This document shows positions 48,908 to 57,787 of a stretch of 64,000 nucleotides of DNA, piece after piece (the stretch's first letter is position 1; every line of letters starts with the position of its first letter). The notes below the pieces were generated by a model. It had not been told where the DNA came from and made no database searches. It saw only the letters and a list, made by a program, of their open reading frames with translations. The stretch spans positions 14,848 to 78,847 of the forward strand of contig JABCZM010000002.1 in assembly GCA_013289705.1 (NCBI GenBank). Reading direction: 5' to 3'. Source of the stretch: Candidatus Saccharimonadota bacterium (GTDB lineage: Bacteria > Patescibacteriota > Saccharimonadia > Saccharimonadales > UBA4665). The position numbers and the translations under genes were made by a program.

Positions 48908-51352
48908 TTACGGCGCGTACTGATACTTCTCATCAAACAAGCCCAGTGGCACTTGTTCAAGACCGGTGGCAGATACAAGGTAAAGATTCTTCTCTTGTAA
49001 CCTACAGACTACACCGAACATTCGTTCCAGGGCATGGGCAGTGGTGCCGTCAATCTGGCCGTGTTCTGATTGAAAGTCATCGGGCATAAGGTATAGGTCA
49101 AGTATTGGCGTAAAGGTATCCAGCCGCGCCCAGAACATTGTTCCACCAAAATATGGATAAGCGGCTGGATTATCAACAACTTTTCGAGCAATTTCTGATG
49201 TGAAGGCACGGTCTAGTAAACTCTGAAGGATGTATTCATTCCCGCCCATGTGTCTTTTCAGCGAAACTAGATGATTTTGCGGGCCAATGATACCTGCTTC
49301 ATCACTCTTTAGAACTTCAAGTACTTTGGCGACCGCATCTCCATCTGGCAACAAAGCATCCAAAACATCCGTAAACCAATTAAACCCATCGACACGATGT
49401 TTAGATTTTTTACTATGAAGCTTCAACACATACTCATAACCTGCCATTCTGAGCCTTTGCGCTACAAATAAGAAAGGTAGCACGTCACGACCGCGATTAG
49501 GCAACACAAAAGAGGTAGTTTTGACGTCTTTTCGTCCGGGAATAGAAAGCTTAAAATCCTTATCGCGTTCATTAAGTGTCACAAATAAATCGAAGGGCTC
49601 CTTAATCAACTTAAGCCTTGCTTGTATGGTTGGCCAGAGATCTGTGTAATAAAGATGGACGACGACGGCAAGTTTTTTGTCGACATTTCTGGTAATACCA
49701 TAGGCCGGGAAGCTTTTCAGATTTTTGATATTGTGGCTAGCTTGTGCTAAAACTTCGGCAGTTCTATTTAATACTGCGTGCCCCAAATGCATCGACGGCT
49801 CCATGATCGCACCTTCAGCCCATTCATTCCAGGCATTAACAAATACCAGCGGTGCCTTTTTTTTACTCGTCTCCTGCTCAATAAGGCCTCTTAGCCACTC
49901 TGCATATAGATCAGGGCTAGAATTTTGATAGACAAATCCCTTGCCTTTTTTCCTGGCGTCATTATCCCACGACGGCGTAACACAAGGATAGGTGGGGAAT
50001 TTATACGAGTCCCTGAGCTTTTCATTAAGGGCGATTGATCTGTAATCGGCCACCACACCACTAAAGTTAACGTCTAATCGCTTCTGGCTTATATCAACAT
50101 ATGGAAACCGGTTATCTTTAAAAAGCTCATTCTTGAAGAACGCACTTAGCGGTGCAAAATCGAGCGCAGCATCAAATCCGTACTCACGAGGGTCTTGATC
50201 ATCAAAACTCAGGAAAGAAACTAGCTGTAGTTCCTTATTGTGTTTTTTGCGGAAGTATTCTCTCCACGTCTTAGCGTATTTTTCCGGGTCTTTCAATTCC
50301 GAAGCCCTGTATACCATGAGAACCGGCTTATTGTCTTCGGTTATATAACGTGGATCCAGCAATATGTGCTCGACGTCTTTAATAAAGCTGAGCGGGTCGC
50401 TATCAAGGTATTCCTGGGCAATTATTACATCATTGTCTCGGCCATCCCATCGTTTTGTCCAGTTTTCATTTGCCCAACAAATAGTGAAGTTAAAGTCCCA
50501 CTCCTTATGTTTTAGCACGGTGTTTAGCGGGGTTTCCATTATTTTATGACCGCTAAACCAATAGTAATAAAAACAGAATCCATAGATTCCATATTTTTTT
50601 GCTAATTCAATTTGTTCCAGGATTTTTGATTCAATCCGTAAATCATAGAAGCCCAGATCTTTTGGGAGAATTGGTTGTTGATGACCAACAAAGCGCGCCT
50701 GTCCAGTTGTTACATTGGTCCATTCCGTAAATCCTTTGCCCCAAGCCTTTTCATTCTCTTCGATAGGGTGAAATTGAGGCAGGTATATGGCAACCGTTCG
50801 AGGGTCTTTTTTATCACGCTCAAAATAACCCGATTGTACTTCTTCGTAATAAATCTTCTGTCTATTATCGAGTAGATTGACATGTTCTGGGTAATTGTTT
50901 GAAAGGTCTTTGTTGTATATTGACGCTGGGAGCTTTTCTAGACCAAATCGCACTGTGGTGCTGTATAGTTCCTTGTACCCCTTTCCTTCGTTCAACTCAA
51001 CAGTTATGTCGCCGTCTTCAAACTCAAACTCGGCCTTAAAGCCTGAGTGGAGTGTGTCCTTCCGCGCAAGATTTGGGTATGTTTTTGCGACATCCGATCT
51101 CTTTAAGCCGAGCGTCACAGGATATATGTCGGCATTGTTTCGAACCCGCATCTCAAAACTTATATTTTTCTTTGGAATGATCCACCCCTCGACAGACAGA
51201 GTCCGTTCCCCAAGTAATGTATCTCGTGGGCTATCAACGCTGAACATATAGTTCTTGGAGGCGCCAAAGTAGGCCCTGGCTGCGTGACGCGCCCGACGGC
51301 CTAGCCATAAGGCACGTTTGGCATGTTGCACTGGATCAAAAGCTTTTTTCAT
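48908..51352 (-). CDS. fusion protein: WbsX-like (GH99-like) glycosyltransferase domain plus rhamnan-synthesis RgpF-like domain
   Basis: 814 aa. AIYLPQFHPIEENEKAWGKGFTEWTNV (WbsX signature). The C-terminal half has LAVVVHLYYTDLWPTIQARLKLIKEPFDLFVTL and GGTMFWAR (RgpF-like). Confidence 0.7.
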   Translation of the reverse strand: MKKAFDPVQHAKRALWLGRRARHAARAYFGASKNYMFSVDSPRDTLLGERTLSVEGWIIPKKNISFEMRVRNNADIYPVTLGLKRSDVAKTYPNLARKDTLHSGFKAEFEFEDGDITVELNEGKGYKELYSTTVRFGLEKLPASIYNKDLSNNYPEHVNLLDNRQKIYYEEVQSGYFERDKKDPRTVAIYLPQFHPIEENEKAWGKGFTEWTNVTTGQARFVGHQQPILPKDLGFYDLRIESKILEQIELAKKYGIYGFCFYYYWFSGHKIMETPLNTVLKHKEWDFNFTICWANENWTKRWDGRDNDVIIAQEYLDSDPLSFIKDVEHILLDPRYITEDNKPVLMVYRASELKDPEKYAKTWREYFRKKHNKELQLVSFLSFDDQDPREYGFDAALDFAPLSAFFKNELFKDNRFPYVDISQKRLDVNFSGVVADYRSIALNEKLRDSYKFPTYPCVTPSWDNDARKKGKGFVYQNSSPDLYAEWLRGLIEQETSKKKAPLVFVNAWNEWAEGAIMEPSMHLGHAVLNRTAEVLAQASHNIKNLKSFPAYGITRNVDKKLAVVVHLYYTDLWPTIQARLKLIKEPFDLFVTLNERDKDFKLSIPGRKDVKTTSFVLPNRGRDVLPFLFVAQRLRMAGYEYVLKLHSKKSKHRVDGFNWFTDVLDALLPDGDAVAKVLEVLKSDEAGIIGPQNHLVSLKRHMGGNEYILQSLLDRAFTSEIARKVVDNPAAYPYFGGTMFWARLDTFTPILDLYLMPDDFQSEHGQIDGTTAHALERMFGVVCRLQEKNLYLVSATGLEQVPLGLFDEKYQYAP

Positions 51353-53104
51353 TTAAGCCTTGACCTCCATCCTCTGATTATCATGATTAAAATTAGGATT
51401 CAGGTATGGATCTTCAGCAACTTGCCGTTCTTTGATTGAGTCAATTTGGAGCAGTATACCGTCATAAGTGATTTGGACATATGGCGTGTATATATGCCTA
51501 TATTCGTGGTCATTCAGTGATTTGCTTAGGGCATACACATTACTGAGCTTCCCTCCTTTATCAATCGAAGCTATTAGGGCATTTTTGCTGATTGCATACG
51601 CGACTGCATTGAGCGCACTAACATTACGGCGACTTTTGGCATATAGACCTCGTGAGTAATGTGGGTCATCGAAGGGCATTCCTTGGAGCATATCAGCGTA
51701 ACCATTTTCCCCGAAGCCGATGCCGATGCCTGCACTCAAAATTGTCTGCCGGCTTGGATCGAGTATAACTGGACCAACGAGACCAACTCCAGGCAGCTGG
51801 CTGTCACCAATTATAGTTTTTGCCCAGTTCGTACTCACAATTTCACTATGGCCATCTATAAAGAAAAAGTAGTTACTGTTTGCTTGTGCAACAGCAGCCC
51901 TCCATTCATCCAGCGTACTTGCAGTATGCAGTATCCGTAGAGTCTTATCCGCACAGACGCTTTGAAGCTCCTCTTGCACGGTCCCGTCCACTGGCGAGGC
52001 CGTAGTCAGGAAAACCTCAAGTCCGACTCCTGGCTCATTTTTTATGGCGGACCTGAGTAATTTCTTGGTACTGGCCATGTCGTGGTGTCGTACAAAAACG
52101 GCCAATGTTTCAACGGGCGCGACATCGTATTTAATAGTTCTATGTTGGGTGATTATTCCCTTTTCGATTACGCCAGATCGACCGGTACGACTCAAGTGGT
52201 CGCGTAAAAGTTTGAGCTGAGCCTCATACACATACGGCTTGGCATCAGTATTCGCCGCCGTAGATGCCTCATGTATCCTCCAACTATATAGTATTTTTGG
52301 TATATGAAAAACTTGCGACGTTTTTTCAGTAATACGTACAAATAAATCCCAGTCCTGTGCGCCTTCGCAACCCTTGTGAAAGCCACCGATCTCTCTAACG
52401 AGTGACGTGCGTAGACAAGTAAAGTGCGTAATATAATTACAACTTTCTAGAAATTCTGGACTCCAGTCAGGCTTAAGGAATGGGTAGGAATGCACCGTGC
52501 CACTCGAATCGATCTTATCCTCATCGGTGTAGATTAGGTCCACTTCAGGATTAGCATTTATGACCGAAACCATTTCGTACAACGCATTTGGCCAAAGAAC
52601 ATCATCATGGTCAAGCAAGCCAATAAACTCGCCAGTTGCTAGACTGATCGCACTGTTTGAGGCCTCGCTGATGTGGCCGTTCTTTTTTCGTACAATAAGC
52701 TTTATGCGTGGGTCTTTCTTGGCATATTCTTTGAGGGTTTTGACGACCTGGCCGTTTGGCGAGGCATCATCGGCCGCACAGAGTTCCCAGTTATCATAGG
52801 ACTGCAGCAAGACACTGTCTAGGCACTCACGAAGATATTCGTCAGGCGTATTGTACGTTGGCAATATCAAACTTATTAAGGGTCTATTTTTGAATGTTCC
52901 AGAATTTTTAATTTGAGTCATATGTTCGGCAATGGAAGGATAATAATTATAAAAGTGATACGTTTCGCGATGCGCACTTGTCATGCCCGGAAACAGAACC
53001 GCTTTAGCATGGATAGCCAATTTTCTAAGAATTGGCACGCGTATTATAACTTTCTTTGCTCCTACGACAGATTTTCTTGCCGTTGACTTAAGCACTTGAC
53101 TCAT
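51353..53104 (-). CDS. two-domain glycosyltransferase, N-terminal GT2
   Basis: ISLILPTYNTPDEYLRECLDSVLLQSY, AADDASP, LLDHDD (DxD), and a second Rossmann-like domain (YFFFIDGHSEIV). Confidence 0.8.
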   Translation of the reverse strand: MSQVLKSTARKSVVGAKKVIIRVPILRKLAIHAKAVLFPGMTSAHRETYHFYNYYPSIAEHMTQIKNSGTFKNRPLISLILPTYNTPDEYLRECLDSVLLQSYDNWELCAADDASPNGQVVKTLKEYAKKDPRIKLIVRKKNGHISEASNSAISLATGEFIGLLDHDDVLWPNALYEMVSVINANPEVDLIYTDEDKIDSSGTVHSYPFLKPDWSPEFLESCNYITHFTCLRTSLVREIGGFHKGCEGAQDWDLFVRITEKTSQVFHIPKILYSWRIHEASTAANTDAKPYVYEAQLKLLRDHLSRTGRSGVIEKGIITQHRTIKYDVAPVETLAVFVRHHDMASTKKLLRSAIKNEPGVGLEVFLTTASPVDGTVQEELQSVCADKTLRILHTASTLDEWRAAVAQANSNYFFFIDGHSEIVSTNWAKTIIGDSQLPGVGLVGPVILDPSRQTILSAGIGIGFGENGYADMLQGMPFDDPHYSRGLYAKSRRNVSALNAVAYAISKNALIASIDKGGKLSNVYALSKSLNDHEYRHIYTPYVQITYDGILLQIDSIKERQVAEDPYLNPNFNHDNQRMEVKA

Positions 53105-53141
53105 TATCGCCTAACCTCGTTTTGTCTTGTGATGCACGGCA

Positions 53142-54116
53142 TTACTTCTTCGTCCTTTTAAGGCTATTCCTTGCTTGTGATAATCTTTGTGCTAGTTTAT
53201 AACTTTTTGAATTTTTGATCCTACTAAGATCGCTCTCTAGGTCCTCATTTCGCTTAGTTGTTGTGGCCTGAAATTCACGAAGTTCATATTTAAGTTTATT
53301 AGTATCATCGAGTAGCTTTACTAGCTCGTCTATTCTAGACTGCCTGTTGTCCAGTTCTTTATTAAGGTTTCTAATGTAGTCAGCCTTATATTGCTCAGGC
53401 TTTTTTATTGGCTTCGGTATAGGTTTTGCCTTTGAGCCTTTGCTAGTCGGACTTAGAACTAATTTATATTGAAATGCCCTGGCCGTAGGATCTGCCACCA
53501 TTTTCCAGAAAATCTCATTCGCAACAAGTCCATATTTTTCAAGAAGGCTTTGGATAATTTCCTTTGGATAATCACTCTCCGAAGAGTCGATGCGAATAAT
53601 GTCATATCCTGCGGTGGTTACTATGCTTGTCAACGAGTTTAGCGTGAAATACTTGAGGTGGGTATTGTCTAAGATTCCCATATTTTCGTACTCAAAACCA
53701 CCGCCAAGAAGCTCAAGCCGTACACTAATATGCGCTACATTTGGGGTAGAAATAAATATTTTGCCATCTTTCTTCAATAGCTTCAAACTTTTTTTAAGTA
53801 CTTCACCTGGATCCTTCAGATGCTCTATAACATCTCCAAAAAATATTACATCATATGTCCGCTCGTACACTTCAGTCGGCCAATCACCATCAAGATCAAA
53901 TGAATAAACCCCATCTAGAACTTTTCTAGCCGCATATTTATCCTCGCTTATTTCAACGCCATATACCGTACATTTTTTATGTTCTTTTATATAGCTTCCG
54001 TAGTATCCTGTGCTACACCCAAAATCCAGAACCTTTGACCCCTCGGGGATATCATCATAGAACCAGCCTATTGCACCGATGATACTTTCTGGAATGTTTT
54101 CGGAGTATTTAGACAT
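53142..54116 (-). CDS. class I SAM-dependent methyltransferase with C-terminal coiled-coil
   Basis: VLDFGCSTGYYG (motif I) and VIFFGDVIEHLKDP. The last ~90 aa are heptad-like and K/E/L-rich (NKELDNRQSRIDELVKLLDDTNKLKYELREF...). Confidence 0.8.
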   Translation of the reverse strand: MSKYSENIPESIIGAIGWFYDDIPEGSKVLDFGCSTGYYGSYIKEHKKCTVYGVEISEDKYAARKVLDGVYSFDLDGDWPTEVYERTYDVIFFGDVIEHLKDPGEVLKKSLKLLKKDGKIFISTPNVAHISVRLELLGGGFEYENMGILDNTHLKYFTLNSLTSIVTTAGYDIIRIDSSESDYPKEIIQSLLEKYGLVANEIFWKMVADPTARAFQYKLVLSPTSKGSKAKPIPKPIKKPEQYKADYIRNLNKELDNRQSRIDELVKLLDDTNKLKYELREFQATTTKRNEDLESDLSRIKNSKSYKLAQRLSQARNSLKRTKK

Positions 54117-55311
54117 TAGCTACTTCCCACTTATAGTCCATGAGCACTACACCCTGATCTTCGGTCTCTTGCTTGACATTGAACGTGGCTAGCTTGGGTA
54201 GATAGCGCAGAACCTTCGTCGCGGCGTTATTCATTATCGCAATCGTCACGAAATAGGTTCCTGGTGCCAAAGTCTGACTCAAACTCAAGCTTATATTGGT
54301 GGATCGAGCCTTGATGGCCGTAATGTTAGAGATTTTGGTGTTAGTTCCGAAGCAATATGCACCAGCACCATTAAATATTTGCAAGCCGATGTGAAAACTC
54401 TCTTCTGTTGAGTGGTTTTTCACAGAAAATCCGACAGTGACATTTTCGCGCATACTAAAACTTTTGGACGAACCGTTTGGTGATTTTAACTTAACGTTTT
54501 TAACCGTGAACATACTACTATCTTTTCTTGGTTCACCCTTAGGGTCTTTGCTCTGAACCTGCTTTTCAAAATTCTGTTCCAGATATTTATCCGCTATATC
54601 ACCTGGCTTTCCATTTAGCTGGATGACACCTTTTTCGATTAAGATTGCCCTTTGGCAGAATCTCTGCACGGCTGACATATCGTGAGTAACGAGCACGACT
54701 GTCCGGCCTTCTTTCTTAAGATTTTCGAACATGTCGTAACATTTTTGCTGAAAAGAGGCATCGCCCACTGCTAGCACCTCATCAAAAAGCAAGATATCAC
54801 TATCGGCGCGAATCGCAATAGAGAAGGCTAGCCTAACTTGCATCCCAGAAGAGTAGTTTTTTAGCTTTTGATCCATGAATCGCTCAATTTCTGCAAAGTC
54901 CACAATATCTTCATACATAGCCATCATCTCTTTGCGATTGAAGCCCAGAAGTGCACCATTGAGAAACACATTTTCGCGACCCGTAAGCTCCGGATTAAAG
55001 CCAACGCCCAATTCTATAAAAGGCGTCAGCTTTCCATTAACGTGAATACTGCCTTTGCTGGGCATGTAGGTTCCAGCAAGCATTTTTAACAGCGTGCTTT
55101 TGCCACTTCCGTTCCGGCCAACTATTCCAAAAAACTCACCCTTCTTAACTTCAAAAGAGATGCCTTTGAGCGCTTGCTGCGTTTCGTATGATCGTTTACC
55201 GCCATGAACCAAGTTAATAAGTGCACCTTTTATGGAGGCTTGTTTTTCGTGCGGTAATTTAAACGTTTTACTGACGTTGTCTACTTTTATTGCTACATCG
55301 TGAATCGCCAT
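54109..55311 (-). CDS. wzt: polysaccharide ABC exporter ATP-binding protein with C-terminal glycan-binding-type domain (Wzt/TagH-like)
   Basis: Walker A GRNGSGKST, signature YSSGMQVRL, Walker B ILLFDE, plus a ~150-aa beta-rich C-terminal extension (Wzt_C-like). Confidence 0.85.
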   Translation of the reverse strand: MAIHDVAIKVDNVSKTFKLPHEKQASIKGALINLVHGGKRSYETQQALKGISFEVKKGEFFGIVGRNGSGKSTLLKMLAGTYMPSKGSIHVNGKLTPFIELGVGFNPELTGRENVFLNGALLGFNRKEMMAMYEDIVDFAEIERFMDQKLKNYSSGMQVRLAFSIAIRADSDILLFDEVLAVGDASFQQKCYDMFENLKKEGRTVVLVTHDMSAVQRFCQRAILIEKGVIQLNGKPGDIADKYLEQNFEKQVQSKDPKGEPRKDSSMFTVKNVKLKSPNGSSKSFSMRENVTVGFSVKNHSTEESFHIGLQIFNGAGAYCFGTNTKISNITAIKARSTNISLSLSQTLAPGTYFVTIAIMNNAATKVLRYLPKLATFNVKQETEDQGVVLMDYKWEVANV

Positions 55312-55313
55312 AT

Positions 55314-56123
55314 CTATATATTCTCCGCAAAGCTATCCGCTTGGCTCTTAAAGTAAGCCATGCCGCCAATCAAAACCAATATTACAACGCCAAAAGGAAT
55401 CAATGCATACCAGCCGCCGCCGAATATGCGTGATGTGGTAATTACTAATTTGTCGTGAGTAATCAATGAATAACGAGCGTCCTGTATTGACTGCGCCATT
55501 GGGTTTAGGAGCAATATTTTTTGGTAGGTCACGTCGTGGATAATTGATAGCGAATACAGTATTGGCGTGAGGTAAAAGCCCGCCTGCAAAGCCACTTCCC
55601 ATATGTAGCTAATATCCCGAAATTTCACGAATGCGGCTGACAAAAAGAGAGAAATACCAAGCGCAAACACATATACCTCGATAAGTATGAGCGGCAGCAA
55701 GAACGTAGTGTTAAGTAGGTCAACACGGTTAACGAGCATAAAAATTGCGACGACAATAAGATTCAGGCCAAGATTAATGACAGCTGACAGGCTACTACTA
55801 AACACAATTATCCAACGGGGGATACTAATTTTACGGATTAGGTCACCTCGGCCAACAATCGAACCTAGGCTTTGAACGGTCATTTCATAAAAGAAGTTCC
55901 ATATAACAATACCCAGCAGAAGGTAAACTGGGAAGTGTGGTATTCCACCGCCAGATTTTAAGACTTTTACGAATACAACATACAGGATAACAAATAAAAG
56001 TAGTGGGCGGAGGAGTGACCACGCATAACCTAGCGCAGAACCTTGGTAGCGCAACTTGAAGTCTGTGCGGACTAACTCGCTCAGCAGCGCCCGGTTTTGT
56101 TTTGAGAAGATACGATTGAACAT
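55314..56123 (-). CDS. wzm: ABC-2 type polysaccharide exporter permease (Wzm/TagG-like)
   Basis: 269 aa with 6 TM helices. The N-terminus LVRTDFKLRYQGSALGYAWSLLRPLL is typical of ABC2_membrane. Confidence 0.85.
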   Translation of the reverse strand: MFNRIFSKQNRALLSELVRTDFKLRYQGSALGYAWSLLRPLLLFVILYVVFVKVLKSGGGIPHFPVYLLLGIVIWNFFYEMTVQSLGSIVGRGDLIRKISIPRWIIVFSSSLSAVINLGLNLIVVAIFMLVNRVDLLNTTFLLPLILIEVYVFALGISLFLSAAFVKFRDISYIWEVALQAGFYLTPILYSLSIIHDVTYQKILLLNPMAQSIQDARYSLITHDKLVITTSRIFGGGWYALIPFGVVILVLIGGMAYFKSQADSFAENI

Positions 56124-56191
56124 TGGTTGTAGAGTATTATAGATGAAGATTGGCCTGAAGTCGACAAAACTCCTATATAATATTGGTTAGT

Positions 56192-57658
56192 ATGCAGCAG
56201 ACAAGTTTACCCATATTTATTGAAGAAGAGGCCGAAACAAACAGTGTTGAGTTCAAAACCTCCGCTGATGGTAAGCTGCCGAAAGATATCTGGCACACCG
56301 TATCAGCCTTTGCCAATAGTAGTGGCGGCAAGATTATTTTTGGGATTACGCCTGAGGGCACGCGAGTAAACCTCTCGAAAACCAGCGTCGACAGCCTCCA
56401 ACAAGACATCGTCTCGCTCTGTAGCCAAGGCTTTAGTAGCACAATTACGCCCGACATTCAGTACAGCGAGGGCGTACTGGTGGTTTTTATACCCCCATCT
56501 CCAGCACAGCTTCGACCAGTTTACATGAAAAGCAAGGGTGCTGGCAGCGGCACATACGTACGCGAAGGCTCTTCAAACCGCATTGCCAATGATGAAATGA
56601 TCCGTCGTTTTAGCGTTGCTGCTCGAGGTGGAGCCGAAACACTAGATTTCGAAGAAATTAGCTTTGCGGATTGCCTAGCAATGGAGCTCGTTAACGAGTA
56701 TATAGACCTTATAAACCAAAAGAAGACGAACATGTACCAAAACTTTACTGCTGAAGAGGTTTTGATAAAATTACGAGCCATCACAAAAACACTACACCCG
56801 ACGTTGTTCGGTCTATTAGCATTCGGGAAGGCTGCAACGCCACAAGAGATAATCTCTCCCACGGTGAGCATTACCACCACTCAATACCCCGGACTTACCA
56901 AGGTTAATGAGGAAGACTTCTCTGAAACATACGTCGACAATCGCGAGTTTTACGGCAACGCCAAGCGTCAATTCGAGGATGCTTTTACCTTCATGAAATC
57001 AAAACTGCCCGTGCGCGGTACGATAGATAGTAACGGCAAGCGGCGAGATTATTTCGTCATACCCGAGGTTGCACTGCGTGAGGCCCTAGCCAATGCTTTA
57101 GCGCACAGAGATTATTCGACCTATTCGTCATCAATTCAGATTGACATTTTTTCGGATCGTATTGAGATTATTAATCCTGGGGTAAGCTTGGTGCCCATAG
57201 AGCAACTGGATCACGCTCCATCTGCCACCCGAAATCCACTCCTTATGAACTACCTAAAGGACTACGGTATTACCGATCAAAAAGCTCGAGGCATACGAAC
57301 CATCAAGGTCTCTCTGAAAGCAGCCGGGCTGCTTGCCCCAACATTTGAAAATGTCGGCCAATCTTTCAAAGCAACACTTTTTGCATCGGCCTTTATCTCT
57401 CCAGAGGATAAAGCTTGGCTACAAAAATTCACTTCGTTTGAGCTCAATGAACGACAACTCAATGCACTGACACATGCAAAAAATAACCCCGAAGGCATAA
57501 ATAATGGCGAATATCGTGACTACAACAGCATGAACAACGTTCGCGACGACAAAAAGGCAAATAAAGAGCTCCGTCAACTTGTGGAAAAAGGTATCTTGAT
57601 CATATCTGGCGAGAATAAGGCGAGGCGGTATGTACTGCATTCAGACTATGCTCAATAA
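56192..57658 (+). CDS. AlbA_2 (Schlafen-like, divergent AAA) + HATPase_c_4 + C-terminal wHTH protein
   Basis: ETNSVEFKTS...WHTVSAFANSSGGKIIFGI (AlbA_2). REALANALAHRDYS...IDIFSDRIEIINPG (HATPase_c_4). C-terminal LNERQLNAL...RYVL (wHTH-like). ATG at 56192 preferred over TTG at 56183. Confidence 0.7.
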   Translation: MQQTSLPIFIEEEAETNSVEFKTSADGKLPKDIWHTVSAFANSSGGKIIFGITPEGTRVNLSKTSVDSLQQDIVSLCSQGFSSTITPDIQYSEGVLVVFIPPSPAQLRPVYMKSKGAGSGTYVREGSSNRIANDEMIRRFSVAARGGAETLDFEEISFADCLAMELVNEYIDLINQKKTNMYQNFTAEEVLIKLRAITKTLHPTLFGLLAFGKAATPQEIISPTVSITTTQYPGLTKVNEEDFSETYVDNREFYGNAKRQFEDAFTFMKSKLPVRGTIDSNGKRRDYFVIPEVALREALANALAHRDYSTYSSSIQIDIFSDRIEIINPGVSLVPIEQLDHAPSATRNPLLMNYLKDYGITDQKARGIRTIKVSLKAAGLLAPTFENVGQSFKATLFASAFISPEDKAWLQKFTSFELNERQLNALTHAKNNPEGINNGEYRDYNSMNNVRDDKKANKELRQLVEKGILIISGENKARRYVLHSDYAQ

Positions 57659-57758
57659 GTTTATCGCCCCGATATCGCCCGTTTATCGCCCCGATATCGC
57701 CCCATCCGCACCCCTGTTGGCCGTATTTTATCGCCCGTTTATCGCCCCGATATCGCCC
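57659..57758 (+). repeat. iteron-like array: 22-bp unit GTTTATCGCCCCGATATCGCCC (x3) = seven TATCGCCC 8-mers phased at 11 bp
   Basis: 8-mers start at 57662, 57673, 57684, 57695 and at 57729, 57740, 57751. A longer 33-nt repeat occurs at 57673-57705 and 57729-57761. Confidence 0.9.
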
Positions 57759-57787
57759 CATTTATTACAAACCGCCGAGGAGATTGC

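Noticed and set aside
57659-57758. Possible mini-CRISPR array, because of the repeated 22-mers
   Set aside because: The repeats are directly tandem or separated by a single 34-bp stretch that itself contains a partial repeat. The units are only 22 bp, there are no unique spacers of regular length, and the window has no cas genes.
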